A DNA stretch of 61,158 bases from Bdellovibrionota bacterium (GTDB lineage Bacteria; Bdellovibrionota_C; UBA2361; JBIKUX01). Of the stretch, positions 50,686-60,811 are shown piece by piece. The notes below the pieces were generated by a model. That model worked only from the letters and a program-made list of their open reading frames with translations. It had not been told where the DNA came from and made no database searches. The translations under genes and the position numbers were made by a program. The stretch is from positions 1-61,158 of the forward strand of contig JBIKUX010000016.1 in NCBI GenBank assembly GCA_044347345.1. Reading direction: 5' to 3'. The first letter of the stretch is position 1, and each line of letters begins with the position of its first letter.

Positions 50686-50715
50686 AAACCTTATATATCA
50701 TCCAAAAATACAATC

Positions 50716-51855
50716 TTAGTTTGCCCTAGTTTCTTTCATCCTACCATCGTATTTAGAAGACTTTTCGTGATCTGCCAAAGTAACAACTGCTAATTTATCG
50801 AAACTTAGGTCGACTGAGCGTAGGAGATGCGACTTAGCACCAAATTGGTGTAGTAGACGCGACAGTCGCGTTGCTTCTCTCACTATAACTTGATTATTCA
50901 TCTCTCCACTAAAAGTCACTACACCAGGAAACCCACGAAATGAAACGATAATCTCGCTAGCTCGCATGCCGTCTGTTACCCTCCCAGATTCAGTCTCACC
51001 ACTAATACCACTACCACCTTTTATGGCATCTACTCGAAGCCCTACCTCTGACTCAATAATACTTACTGCCTTAGACAACAAACGAATCTTTTTTTCAATT
51101 TCAATTGTAGAAATAGATTTATCAGAAATCACACCAGTTACTATAATCAACTGTTCATCCTCAAGCTCAACACGGGCTAGTAATGCTTGATCCTCACTCA
51201 TCGGTAAGGTTGAGAGAATTCGACCATCTTCAGCAGCTATAGATAAAATCCCGTTACTCCCTATCAAAAATCGAGGCACTCGCTCTCTAATGAGTATCTC
51301 TCGACATGAAAATTCCCCAAAAAAACTTCGTCCAACTCTACAGGGCGCTATGGCCAAATCAGCAACCCACGGATTTCTCGATATGATAGCTTTTACTTCA
51401 CTCTTATTGAGCCACCACCACCAAGTAGAAAAATCAGATGGCATACCCTGAAGTAGCTCACTGATTGAGACCCTCGTAGCACCATGAACATGCACTTCCA
51501 TAGGCGGGTTAACCCATAACCTAATGGCTTTTAACGAATTTTTTATTTGAGATGGAATGCCAACTTTTAGATCACCTGAGAGATCCTCAAACACCATGTC
51601 AGTTTGGCTAAAAATTGCTACTATTAGCCAAATAGTCGCCAATAAAACTCCTCCAATTACCACAAAAGCTACCGGATTTTTTAGTCGCATTAATCCAAAG
51701 CGTTTGCGGTGCAAAGACATGCTAATGCGAGCGGTATTGCGCCCCCTGTAGGATAAAGGTAACGGCAGTGGACCTTTGCCGTTGTGTTTCCGCAAAGATT
51801 CACTATCACCATCGCTTATCTCAACCTGGCCTACATCATCGACCTCAGGCATCAT
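50716..51855 (-). CDS. ftsQ: FtsQ/DivIB-like protein (divergent)
   Basis: Single TM, POTRA-like segment (NPWV...I.ER.P), C-terminal VDL.F; lies between murB and ftsA. Confidence 0.7.
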   Translation of the reverse strand: MMPEVDDVGQVEISDGDSESLRKHNGKGPLPLPLSYRGRNTARISMSLHRKRFGLMRLKNPVAFVVIGGVLLATIWLIVAIFSQTDMVFEDLSGDLKVGIPSQIKNSLKAIRLWVNPPMEVHVHGATRVSISELLQGMPSDFSTWWWWLNKSEVKAIISRNPWVADLAIAPCRVGRSFFGEFSCREILIRERVPRFLIGSNGILSIAAEDGRILSTLPMSEDQALLARVELEDEQLIIVTGVISDKSISTIEIEKKIRLLSKAVSIIESEVGLRVDAIKGGSGISGETESGRVTDGMRASEIIVSFRGFPGVVTFSGEMNNQVIVREATRLSRLLHQFGAKSHLLRSVDLSFDKLAVVTLADHEKSSKYDGRMKETRAN

Positions 51856-51995
51856 TTATTTTTTCTCTCTCTCTCTTTCTCGTTCTCTTTTTTGCCTTCC
51901 TAGCTACTGGCTTACTTATGAACCCAAACAACATTACCAAACAGTTTACTCGATACTATCCATTTTTATTAGCTCTAAAAATTAATGCTTAGCTA

Positions 51996-52925
51996 TTACC
52001 AGATAACTAGTTCTGGTTCGAGAAGAGCGCCAGTTTTAAGTTCTACCACATTCCGACACCGTTCAATTAATTGTATTACATCATGTGCAGAAGCTGCTTT
52101 TTCAGGATTTACCAGCCAATTTGCATGTATTCTTGAAACTTCTGCTCCACCGACTCGTTCTCCTTTCATACCACACTGATCAATTATTCGCCCAGCAACA
52201 TCGTTTGGGGGATTTCGAAAAGTAGACCCAGCCGAAGGCACTTGTAATGGCTGAGTTTGTTTTCTGTATTCAAGGTTTTTTCTACGTTGCTCTTCACACC
52301 TTGTCACATCTGATGCTACCAATCGAAACTCTACTTCAGTTACACAACACCCCGAAGGAAGTTTCATGGTACGGTAGTGTGGCGATAAATCATTTATTGA
52401 TAATTTAACAATGTCTCCATCACTTAAGATGAGAGTGACTGATGCTAAAACACTCGCTATTTCACCGCGATGAGCACCAGCATTCATTGTTACTGCACCG
52501 CCTATAGTAGCGGGTATGCCAGCAGCAAATTCCAATCCTGAAAATCCATCGCGTGCCGTTTGCCGACTCAAGGACATTAGTGATACGGCTGCTCCAACAA
52601 TAAGCCGACTACCCGCATCATAAACTGAAATTTGACGAAATCCTTTACCTAATTTTATGACAATACCCTTAACCCCTTCATCTGGAATCAGTAAATTACT
52701 TCCACCACCAATGTATTTAACTGAAAGACCCAACGCCTTAGCTCGCTCAATAACATACCTAAGCGTCGCTAAATCTGGAGGCTCAATAAAAAGGTCAATC
52801 AGACCGCCTATTGCAAATGTCGTTACTGAAGAACCCTTTACAACCTTGCTAACATACGGGCTAATCAAACAGTCAGTAATCAGCTCAGAATAACCACGAC
52901 AATCTCCAAAATCTCCTGTGTTCAT
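51996..52925 (-). CDS. murB: UDP-N-acetylenolpyruvoylglucosamine reductase
   Basis: GGGSNLL, GLEFAAGIP.TIGGAV.MNAGA, QP...PSAGS.FRNP, HANW.VN, LEPE. Confidence 0.97.
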   Translation of the reverse strand: MNTGDFGDCRGYSELITDCLISPYVSKVVKGSSVTTFAIGGLIDLFIEPPDLATLRYVIERAKALGLSVKYIGGGSNLLIPDEGVKGIVIKLGKGFRQISVYDAGSRLIVGAAVSLMSLSRQTARDGFSGLEFAAGIPATIGGAVTMNAGAHRGEIASVLASVTLILSDGDIVKLSINDLSPHYRTMKLPSGCCVTEVEFRLVASDVTRCEEQRRKNLEYRKQTQPLQVPSAGSTFRNPPNDVAGRIIDQCGMKGERVGGAEVSRIHANWLVNPEKAASAHDVIQLIERCRNVVELKTGALLEPELVIW

Positions 52926-52930
52926 TAGAG

Positions 52931-54322
52931 TTAAGCCACAAGACTTACGCTATTTTCAAGCTTTTTGGTAAAAACCATCCCACTCGAGGCTATCGAGCCA
53001 GCACCTAAGAAAAGTACTATATCATTTGGTTGCGCTATACCGAGAATAGCACCAAAAGCATCTTCGGCTGAGGTAACGTGGCGTGCATCCTTATGCTGAA
53101 TTGAGCTACAAAGCGAAGCCCCAGAAACCCCGGTAAGCGGTGTCTCTCCAGCCGCATAAATATCAGTTATCCAAACTATATCAGCTGATATAAATGAATT
53201 AATAAATTGCTGTGCACAATCACGAGTGCGCGAGTATCGATGAGGCTGAAAAACTACAAGTAATCTTCCCAATTCATTTCCCCAACTTGCGCGAATTGCC
53301 GACAGTGTTGCCATAATTTCAGTTGGGTGATGTCCATAATCTGAGATTACACGGATGCCGTTTATTACGCCCAAAGTCTCAAGACGTCGACCTACTCCTC
53401 GAAAATCAGCAAGTGCTCTTCTGATGGTAGACATGTCTATTCCTAACTCTACAGCTACCCCAATTGCAGCCAGAGCGTTTTGTGCCAGATGCTCACCGGG
53501 CATTGCAAGAGTAATCGGCTCAAGAGGTGAATTTCCTACCTGAACATCAAAAGCTACTCGTCCAGGGCTATGCCTAATATTACTACCTCTTACGGTAGCA
53601 TCCTCACTCCAGCCATAAGTCATAACACGGCGGGAAATTTTAGGAAGAAGCCTAGAAGCTCGAGGATTATCAATACACAATATTACTAAACCGTAAAAAG
53701 GCACTGACTGAGCAAACTGTAAAAATGCTTCGTCAATTGCAGATGATGTTTCATAAGCACTTAAATGCTCATCATCTATATTAGTTATAACCGTAAGTGA
53801 TGGACGGTAAAGAAGAAAACTTCCATCACTTTCATCTGCCTCAGCAACTAAGTATTGGCCTGTACCAACTCTTGCTCCAGAAGACTGAGCTAGCAACTCC
53901 CCTCCTACTATCACAGTGGGGTCTAGCCCTGCCGCCTCTAATATGACCCCTATAAAACTTGTGGTTGTTGTTTTACCATGCGAACCAGCTATAGCAATCC
54001 CATGCTTCAGCCGTAAAAGCTCAGCTAATACCATAGCTCGAGTCACTGCCGGTATCCCCCTCTTTCGAGCTTCAACCAACTCCACATTACTTTCATCTAT
54101 TGCGGCAGAAAATACTACGAGCGACACATTTGCATCCAGATTTTGAGACTGGTGACCCTGAAAGACTGTCGCCCCCTTTGCCTCTAGTCGCCGAGTAGTA
54201 ACTGTATTGGCAATATCGCTACCAGATACAGTAAATCCCTGAGCTAGAAGGACTTCGGCAATACTCGACATGCCGGCTCCTCCAATACCTATTAAAAAAA
54301 AATGATGGCAAGTATGGTACAT
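52931..54322 (-). CDS. murC: UDP-N-acetylmuramate--L-alanine ligase
   Basis: IGIGGAGMS, AGSHGKTTT, EADESD, GVGRR, DYGHHPTE, FQPHRYSRT. Confidence 0.98.
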   Translation of the reverse strand: MYHTCHHFFLIGIGGAGMSSIAEVLLAQGFTVSGSDIANTVTTRRLEAKGATVFQGHQSQNLDANVSLVVFSAAIDESNVELVEARKRGIPAVTRAMVLAELLRLKHGIAIAGSHGKTTTTSFIGVILEAAGLDPTVIVGGELLAQSSGARVGTGQYLVAEADESDGSFLLYRPSLTVITNIDDEHLSAYETSSAIDEAFLQFAQSVPFYGLVILCIDNPRASRLLPKISRRVMTYGWSEDATVRGSNIRHSPGRVAFDVQVGNSPLEPITLAMPGEHLAQNALAAIGVAVELGIDMSTIRRALADFRGVGRRLETLGVINGIRVISDYGHHPTEIMATLSAIRASWGNELGRLLVVFQPHRYSRTRDCAQQFINSFISADIVWITDIYAAGETPLTGVSGASLCSSIQHKDARHVTSAEDAFGAILGIAQPNDIVLFLGAGSIASSGMVFTKKLENSVSLVA

Positions 54323-54420
54323 TTAGGCGATTCCCTTCTTTTTCCGCTATGAAATAGGTAGCGACTTTCTTATGGCTGTTATAGCCTGTCTAACACGAAA
54401 AGAAACTGCGAAGCGAACAA

Positions 54421-55137
54421 ATGTCAACTTCTGCTCTGGAAAAGTATCTGATTAAATCTTTCCCTGGCTCGAGTCATTCTTGGGCTACCAAAGTTATTGA
54501 CAATCTCATTCAAAATGGGTCGCTAGTAGATCACAATTCAGCAGTATTAGACGTCGGTTCAGGTAGCGGTTTTATTGGGGCATATTTAAGATCTAAGTGT
54601 CCTCAATTAAGCGTGGATGCGATTGAGATTGATGAACAAGCGGCTGTTGCTACCAAACATCTATACCGAAGTCTAGTTAACGATATATCTGATCTACCGA
54701 CAAATCAGCAGTATGCCGTTATATTCTTACTAGATATACTGGAGCATTTGATAGATCCAGAGGATTTTTTACATAAAATTTCCCATAAATTATCCGAAGG
54801 CGGATATATTCTTGCAAGCGTTCCAAACGTAGCTCACTGGGCTGTTCGGGTTTCTTTATTGTTAGGGCAGTTTAACTACACGAGCAGAGGAATCCTTGAC
54901 CGCACTCATTTACGGTTTTTTACTCGTCGCACTTTTCTGTCACTTTTAAAGTCAATCCCAAAAACCGTAATCAATCAAACTTCTGGCAGCATCGGACCAG
55001 CTGAATTTGTCATCCCTTCAAGATATCATCAAGATTTTTGGTTTCGAGCCTTAGCAACAGTTAGAATAATGGGGGTATTTTTGTGGCCTTCTCTCTGCGC
55101 TTTTCAGCATCTAGCAGTAATTCAAAAACGGCAGTGA
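54421..55137 (+). CDS. class I SAM-dependent methyltransferase
   Basis: VLDVGSGSG, DILEHL.DP, SVPNVAHW, GILDRTHLRFFT. Confidence 0.92.
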   Translation: MSTSALEKYLIKSFPGSSHSWATKVIDNLIQNGSLVDHNSAVLDVGSGSGFIGAYLRSKCPQLSVDAIEIDEQAAVATKHLYRSLVNDISDLPTNQQYAVIFLLDILEHLIDPEDFLHKISHKLSEGGYILASVPNVAHWAVRVSLLLGQFNYTSRGILDRTHLRFFTRRTFLSLLKSIPKTVINQTSGSIGPAEFVIPSRYHQDFWFRALATVRIMGVFLWPSLCAFQHLAVIQKRQ

Positions 55138-55144
55138 GCCTCAA

Positions 55145-55549
55145 ATGTTTGGCGTAAGCATACAAGAACTTATCGTTGTTTTTGCCGTGGCTTTAATAGT
55201 TTTTGGTCCGGATAAATTGCCTGAGCTAGCTAGGCTGCTCGGTAAAATATCAGGAGAACTCAAGCGTAATGCAGATAGTATTAGACGCGAATTCTACAAC
55301 GCCGTTTATGAACCGTCGCCAGAAATAAAAGAGCGTCTCGAATATCAGTTACGTAATCTTGTACCATCTATTTCAGATAGTGCTACCTATCAATCAAATA
55401 ATGAAAACCTAGCACCAACTGAAAATTCAACAATTACTGAAGACCCGACAATCATTACTGAACAGTCAAGCGTACCGAATCAAAATCAAACAAATGTCCC
55501 TGAACAAAACCATACTGATTCCGCTTTAGACCAAAAAAAATATGAATAA
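55145..55549 (+). CDS. tatB: twin-arginine translocase TatB (TatA/B family)
   Basis: MFGVS..EL.V...VAL.VFGPDKLPELAR.LG; directly before tatC. Confidence 0.88.
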   Translation: MFGVSIQELIVVFAVALIVFGPDKLPELARLLGKISGELKRNADSIRREFYNAVYEPSPEIKERLEYQLRNLVPSISDSATYQSNNENLAPTENSTITEDPTIITEQSSVPNQNQTNVPEQNHTDSALDQKKYE

Positions 55550-56312
55550 CAAAATTTCAGACAGTTCAAAGCAAGAGCGTGGGAATATGACCCTCTTTGA
55601 ACATTTAGCTGAGCTAAGATTTCGACTGCTTATATCTCTTATAACCGTGGTTTTGGGAAGTTTCCTTTCCTACCAATATGTAAGCGACCTTTTTGATATG
55701 CTTACTGCTCCCTTCTTTGCTCACTTTTCGAGCGAATCTTTAATTGGTACGGGTCCCGCAGAGGCTTTTATCATAAAATTGAAGGTAGCTGTATTTAGCT
55801 CCATTATTGCGAGTAGTCCTATATTATTCTTTCAGGTATGGCAATTTATTGAGCCTGGTCTATACCAACACGAAAAAAAATTTGTTGTTCCTTTTATCGG
55901 AAGCACAACACTCCTTTTTATTTTAGGATGCTCCCTTGCTTACTATTTTATTTTACCAATTTCTTTTGGTTTTTTTTCTGTTCAGTACAGTTCAATCGCT
56001 ATTACTCCGCAAATCAGAGTTAGTGAAAGTCTGTCATTTATACTACAGACCATTCTCATCTTTGGAGTTGTATTTCAACTTCCTATACTCACGTTTTTTC
56101 TTGCTCGACTGGGGATAATAACCAGCACTACTCTCATTTCAGGGAGTCGGTATGCTATAGTTCTAATCTTTTTTCTAGCCGCTATACTTACCCCACCAGA
56201 TGTCTTAACCCAATTCTTGCTAGCAGGGCCTCTACTACTCCTTTACGGAATAAGTATTCTCGTGGCCAAATGGGCAGGGAAATCAAAAATTGCTGAAGAA
56301 TTGAAAGGATAA
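55542..56312 (+). CDS. tatC: twin-arginine translocase TatC
   Basis: M.L.EHL.ELR.RL, W.FI.PGLY.HE, FQLP, AAILTPPD...Q. Confidence 0.97.
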   Translation: MNNKISDSSKQERGNMTLFEHLAELRFRLLISLITVVLGSFLSYQYVSDLFDMLTAPFFAHFSSESLIGTGPAEAFIIKLKVAVFSSIIASSPILFFQVWQFIEPGLYQHEKKFVVPFIGSTTLLFILGCSLAYYFILPISFGFFSVQYSSIAITPQIRVSESLSFILQTILIFGVVFQLPILTFFLARLGIITSTTLISGSRYAIVLIFFLAAILTPPDVLTQFLLAGPLLLLYGISILVAKWAGKSKIAEELKG

Positions 56313-56411
56313 CTCACTAAGGGCACTAACGCTCACTAAACGAGTTAAGTTTCATTTAAATTTTAAAGGTTTTAATTGACCCAGCAACCAAGGTTAATAG
56401 ACAATAAAAAT

Positions 56412-56503
56412 AAGGACGGCGATGCGGGGAATCAGGGCGAACCCTCCCCTATGTACCTTTTGCTTCCCTAAGACCCAGATTACCCGCCCCGCTGTCTTTC
56501 TTT
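56412..56503 (+). ncRNA. candidate small structured RNA, family not recognised
   Basis: GC-rich rod with paired 5' and 3' ends (22 bp in four segments), a C/U-rich loop, an upstream TTGACC-N18-GACAAT promoter-like motif and a T-rich 3' end. Confidence 0.45.
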
Positions 56504-56555
56504 AACACGGTCTTTCTTTAACACTGTCGTGCTTTAATACTTCCGTGCTTTAACC
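56494..56555. repeat. four-unit imperfect 16-bp tandem repeat
   Basis: GTCTTTCTTTAACACG / GTCTTTCTTTAACACT / GTCGTGCTTTAATACT / TCCGTGCTTTAACC. Confidence 0.85.
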
Positions 56556-56767
56556 AGCGCCCCCTCTCTCGTAATGACGCCTTCGCTCAACCGTAATTTT
56601 ATCTCAAACACCCTTTCTTATCAGCTTGAAGAAGCTTTTTGCTTCATATCAAAGCGAGCCATAGTAAATTAATTTACCGAATTTTAGACTTAGTAGCTAA
56701 ACGTTCTTTTAATTATTTTTACAAGTTTGATTGCAGTTAGTTAATTCACTTTGTACCTTGTATAGAT

Positions 56768-57898
56768 ATGTACAGAAAAAATACTGAAGCATTCCCCCTC
56801 TCTCATTTGGTAGAACAACTTGGTAAATCTGGCTTTCCAGTTCGACTGATACAATCAGCAGATGCCCTTAGTAGATTAGTCGAAGGGCCATGCAGCCTTG
56901 ATGAGCCAATCAATGGTGGCATATCATTTTTTTCTCGAACCTCTCGGGCTCTTTTAGAGCAAACTCTAAGAAGTGAAGCAGCTCGACAATTAACTGCGGT
57001 AATTATTAGTACCGCCTTATTAGATATTCCATCAAACCCACAGAGTCATGACCCAATTCAAGAATCTTTTTATGATGCTACGGCTGTAACTCTCCTTGCA
57101 GTTTCAGACCCATACAAAGCCTTTATCTCGCTTATTTCCAACTTTTACACCCCGATAGTTCTCAAAGATGGTATTCACCCCACAGCGATAATCGCTGAAA
57201 CAGCCACCATTGCTCCAAACTGCCATATAGGTCCCTACTGTATAGTAGGAGACCACGCGATTATTGAATCAAACTGTTCCTTACATTCTCATGTGGTAAT
57301 CTATGAAGGAGCAAAAATTCGCTCTGGAACAGTGCTCCATTCTGGTGTGACCGTGAGAGAGTTTTGCGACATAGGTTCAGGCTCAATTATTCAAAACGGA
57401 GCTGTTATCGGTGGAGATGGATTCGGTTATCTTCCAGACAACAAAGTAGGCTTAGTGGCTGTTTCCCAAATTGGCACAGTAGTTCTCGAGGGCTCAAACG
57501 ATATAGGGGCAAATACTTGTATAGACCGAGCGACTTTAGGAACTACAAAAATAGGTATAGGAACCAAGATTGATAATTTAGCTCAAATTGGTCACAACAA
57601 TCATATCGGACATAACACCATCATCTGTGGTGCCTCTGCAATAGCAGGAAGCTGCAACATAGGTAGCGAGGTAGTGATTGGCGGACAAGTAGGAATAGCT
57701 GACCACATTACTATCGCAAATAAGGTGCGCGTTGCTGGTGGAAGCGGTGTTACTCATTCGCTCACTGAAGCCGGAGATTATGCAGGATATCCCGTCATAC
57801 CGGCATATAAATGGAAAAGAATAGTAACACTACTTAGTCGTCTTCCAGAATTTATTCGGGAGCTTCGGCAAAAAACAACTTCCAATTCATTTGAGTAA
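56768..57898 (+). CDS. lpxD: UDP-3-O-(3-hydroxyacyl)glucosamine N-acyltransferase
   Basis: DPY.AF, IHPTAII, hexapeptide repeats, GGDGFGY, IGANTCIDR, KIDNL.QIGHN, GYP. Confidence 0.97.
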   Translation: MYRKNTEAFPLSHLVEQLGKSGFPVRLIQSADALSRLVEGPCSLDEPINGGISFFSRTSRALLEQTLRSEAARQLTAVIISTALLDIPSNPQSHDPIQESFYDATAVTLLAVSDPYKAFISLISNFYTPIVLKDGIHPTAIIAETATIAPNCHIGPYCIVGDHAIIESNCSLHSHVVIYEGAKIRSGTVLHSGVTVREFCDIGSGSIIQNGAVIGGDGFGYLPDNKVGLVAVSQIGTVVLEGSNDIGANTCIDRATLGTTKIGIGTKIDNLAQIGHNNHIGHNTIICGASAIAGSCNIGSEVVIGGQVGIADHITIANKVRVAGGSGVTHSLTEAGDYAGYPVIPAYKWKRIVTLLSRLPEFIRELRQKTTSNSFE

Positions 57899-58008
57899 AC
57901 TCGCCTTACTTCGCATCAATTTTTTATAATTATCATTAATTTTTGTTTGCCTTTTTTGTGCCTACAAAGCAGTATTTATTTCAGCAAGCGCTTATAATTT
58001 TGTAAGCC

Positions 58009-58443
58009 ATGGAAAGCCCAACAACGCTAACTAAAGTTCTTATAGTTGAAGATGACGTTCTTAGTTTGTTACTACTAGGAAAATATCTAGAATTAGAAGG
58101 CTTTTCGGTAACCCAAGCCCCCTCCCATAAAAAAGCTCTCGAGGCTCTATCTACTGGTTCTTATCACGTCATTATTGCCGACTTAAAGCTAGATGGAGAA
58201 GTTAGAGGAATAACGCTACTTGAGTATTGTACTCAAACTTTTCCTTTGATGAGAAGATTTGCAATCACTGGTCTTCCTGAAGAAAACATACAAAAACTGC
58301 TAATCGAACATAATCCCAACTACTCATCCAATAATAAGATCAATAATTCTGGCGGTTCCAAGCATTATTTATGGGAATTTATATTTAAAAAACCTCTCCA
58401 TCTCGCTACTATTACGCACCGTTTACTACACACCGTTTACTAA
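58009..58443 (+). CDS. single-domain response regulator receiver
   Basis: VLIVEDD, IIADLKL (phospho-Asp), ITG, KP. Confidence 0.88.
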   Translation: MESPTTLTKVLIVEDDVLSLLLLGKYLELEGFSVTQAPSHKKALEALSTGSYHVIIADLKLDGEVRGITLLEYCTQTFPLMRRFAITGLPEENIQKLLIEHNPNYSSNNKINNSGGSKHYLWEFIFKKPLHLATITHRLLHTVY

Positions 58444-58592
58444 CACCCGGCTGTTTATTAGTGTTATTAGTGGTACCATTTTAGCGGTGGTATCATTCAC
58501 TTATCTTATCTTTTACTGTCAAACGATGGTTACTAGTAATTTTAGGAATACAACTAACTTGCTACTAATAACCATCAAGCAAAAAATAAATA

Positions 58593-58910
58593 CTAGTTGT
58601 TGCCGCAACTATTTGTCTTACTACACTCTGTATTACTACCTTCCTCTTGATTCTCACTACCAACTGGAGCAGATGGATGTTTCATAGGTACGCTTGTAGT
58701 CTCTGCAACTAACGGCATTGACGGATGTAATCTCTTAAATTCCTCTTCTGTTAAGCCACCGTAAGCATTATGAGAATCTTTGTTAGCATTTGCTTCATGA
58801 CTAGATTCAGTCTTTCCTTTTTCATGGTGATCTGCCACACAGTCTTTAAGAAAATAGCTCGCTGAACTGACCGCTAAAACTGAGGCGATTATAAAGGATT
58901 TCTTCAACAT
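58593..58910 (-). CDS. small secreted hypothetical protein
   Basis: MLKKSFIIASVLAV signal-like start and GGAG upstream. Confidence 0.55.
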   Translation of the reverse strand: MLKKSFIIASVLAVSSASYFLKDCVADHHEKGKTESSHEANANKDSHNAYGGLTEEEFKRLHPSMPLVAETTSVPMKHPSAPVGSENQEEGSNTECSKTNSCGNN

Positions 58911-59095
58911 ATCTGTGCTCCAAGTATTGTTTACACAATTTTTTTTACAACCTACTAAATAAAATTCCACCGTTATTAATTCGATATTTAATTATTTCTC
59001 CGAATTGAACAATTAAATTTTGTAGAATTTAAGTTTTAGAGAATTCTGTCGGAATAGTAGTCCAAAATACTTAACGCAAAAATTGTGACGCTATG

Positions 59096-59671
59096 CTATC
59101 TCATCTCAAGCTTGAGGCTTACGATACGCCGTGCTGTTTTTACAAGAGCTGCGGGCAAATTTTTTGACTTGGAAATCATCTTTAAGTCACCAAACATGAG
59201 TTGCCTTAAAAGTTTTAGCGATATATCACACGGTGTTTTTGGATTTAGCACCATATTTTTTTTAATAAAGTAATGAGCCATCCACTTTTTGTTATCTGAA
59301 ATATCACGAATGACAAAGTGAGATAGTTGCGGATTTTTTAAAAAAATACCTATCTCTTTTTCTGTTAATTGGGGATTACTAAGCACTGCTCGAGCAACTA
59401 AAATTTCAGAATCAAAAATTAATAAACCCCTGATGTCGGCAGGACCCTTGACGGCAGCTCTAACCTTTTCCGAGTTGCTCATCTCGTCAACAAGGAATTT
59501 TAGGCCGTTCGAACCTTCTCGCTTTTTAGTTACCTTTGAGAGCTCCAAGGCTCTTTTTATAACATCTCGAGCTCGCTGTTTAAGGACTTCAGGGCTGACT
59601 ACTTCCGAACTGATACTATCAATCAGTAGATCCTCAATATCTTTATCGGAACCTTCCGAGTCCGGATCCAT
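59096..59671 (-). CDS. conserved hypothetical helical-repeat protein
   Basis: AAVKG...R.LL..D....VARAVL.NPQLT..EI and W...Y.IK...V.NPKTP pattern; AAGGTG RBS. Confidence 0.75.
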   Translation of the reverse strand: MDPDSEGSDKDIEDLLIDSISSEVVSPEVLKQRARDVIKRALELSKVTKKREGSNGLKFLVDEMSNSEKVRAAVKGPADIRGLLIFDSEILVARAVLSNPQLTEKEIGIFLKNPQLSHFVIRDISDNKKWMAHYFIKKNMVLNPKTPCDISLKLLRQLMFGDLKMISKSKNLPAALVKTARRIVSLKLEMR

Positions 59672-59998
59672 ACAAAGTTCACCTTTTTAAGTTTAATCGC
59701 CGCCACTTCTCCTGCTAACCCTGCTTCTTTCAATTTTCGTTGGTCTGTCCCTACCTCCCTCTATCGGTGTAGTTTTCTCACTTGACTAAGACTACTCAGA
59801 CCACTTAGTTCCATCGCTACTGATTGCACCCCTTGGGTAGATAAATGGTACTATCTGTTTTTAAAACTCCACTCTAACCACTTAAAACGGCAGAACTATA
59901 AAAAATCTTTACTCATCACACTCGCCTTTTGCCATTATAAAGATTTTTTTCATGATACCCGAAGAAATTTACTGAAGGACTTTGGGGAGCGACAAATT

Positions 59999-60757
59999 AT
60001 GAGGCCACGCAACGAATTTACGTTTGCTTTACTCCAGCACTGGTTCGTTTATTGCCTCTCCTGCCTAATATTTCTTTTAAATGCCTGCGGAACGCAAGAA
60101 GCACCAACAAGGCGCTCCGTAGTAATAACCGGCGATATAGAAAAAGATACCGGAGGAGGTTTAGCAGGAGTCACTGTAAGTGAACTAATCACATCAAATT
60201 CTGCAAAAAGCGTCAGTAACGGCTCGTTCTCATTTACGACAGTGCCTATTCCTGGCATGAACGGACAATTATTAGTTGAGTATCAAGGCGCTTTACAATC
60301 TTTCGACTTACCAGGAGTGCCAAATGAGGCTGAGGTTGAGGTCAACATAACTTACTTAACAAAAAGCAATCTTTTTCAATTATCTAGCTACCAAGTCACA
60401 GACTTAACAGAGACAAATGAGCTACCTGACCCATCACCGTCACCGTCACCGCCTTTTCCTCAGCCAACTCAAACTCATGGTTCAAAACCTACGCCAAGCG
60501 TCACGCCAACTCAGACAGGCCCATTTGACGACAAGGGGAATACTACTGCCTTCGGTATTCCAAAAGGAATTACCGGAAATATAGGTCGAGGAAAAACAAA
60601 AAACGGCAAAAACTGTAGTATCTGCCACGGTGAACTAGGTAAAGGCTTAAATTTTAGTGCTCTTAAAAAACGGATAGCAGAAGCTCCAATGTTTCTTAAA
60701 ATACCGGACCAAGATCTGGCTGATATTCTTGCCTATTTAAATCGAAGCCAACGATAA
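59999..60757 (+). CDS. lipoprotein with beta-sandwich domain, Pro/Ser/Thr linker and C-terminal monoheme cytochrome c
   Basis: Lipobox LNAC; ITG...G.GLAGVTV......NGSFSF; PDPSPSPSPP linker; CSICH...APM...DLADILAYL. Confidence 0.85.
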   Translation: MRPRNEFTFALLQHWFVYCLSCLIFLLNACGTQEAPTRRSVVITGDIEKDTGGGLAGVTVSELITSNSAKSVSNGSFSFTTVPIPGMNGQLLVEYQGALQSFDLPGVPNEAEVEVNITYLTKSNLFQLSSYQVTDLTETNELPDPSPSPSPPFPQPTQTHGSKPTPSVTPTQTGPFDDKGNTTAFGIPKGITGNIGRGKTKNGKNCSICHGELGKGLNFSALKKRIAEAPMFLKIPDQDLADILAYLNRSQR

Positions 60758-60811
60758 AGCCGAGGATATTCTTTCGAAAATGATGCAAAGCGAAAATTTA
60801 AAAAATACAAT

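Noticed and set aside
51860..51893. TC-rich run upstream of ftsQ as a phase-variation tract
   Set aside because: It is short (about six units), non-coding and upstream of essential genes; no evidence of function.
56412..56503. SRP (4.5S) RNA, 6S RNA or tRNA identity for the hairpin
   Set aside because: No CAGG-GNRA-AGCA helix-8 motif, no cloverleaf, and too short for 6S. A divergent family member cannot be excluded without a covariance search.
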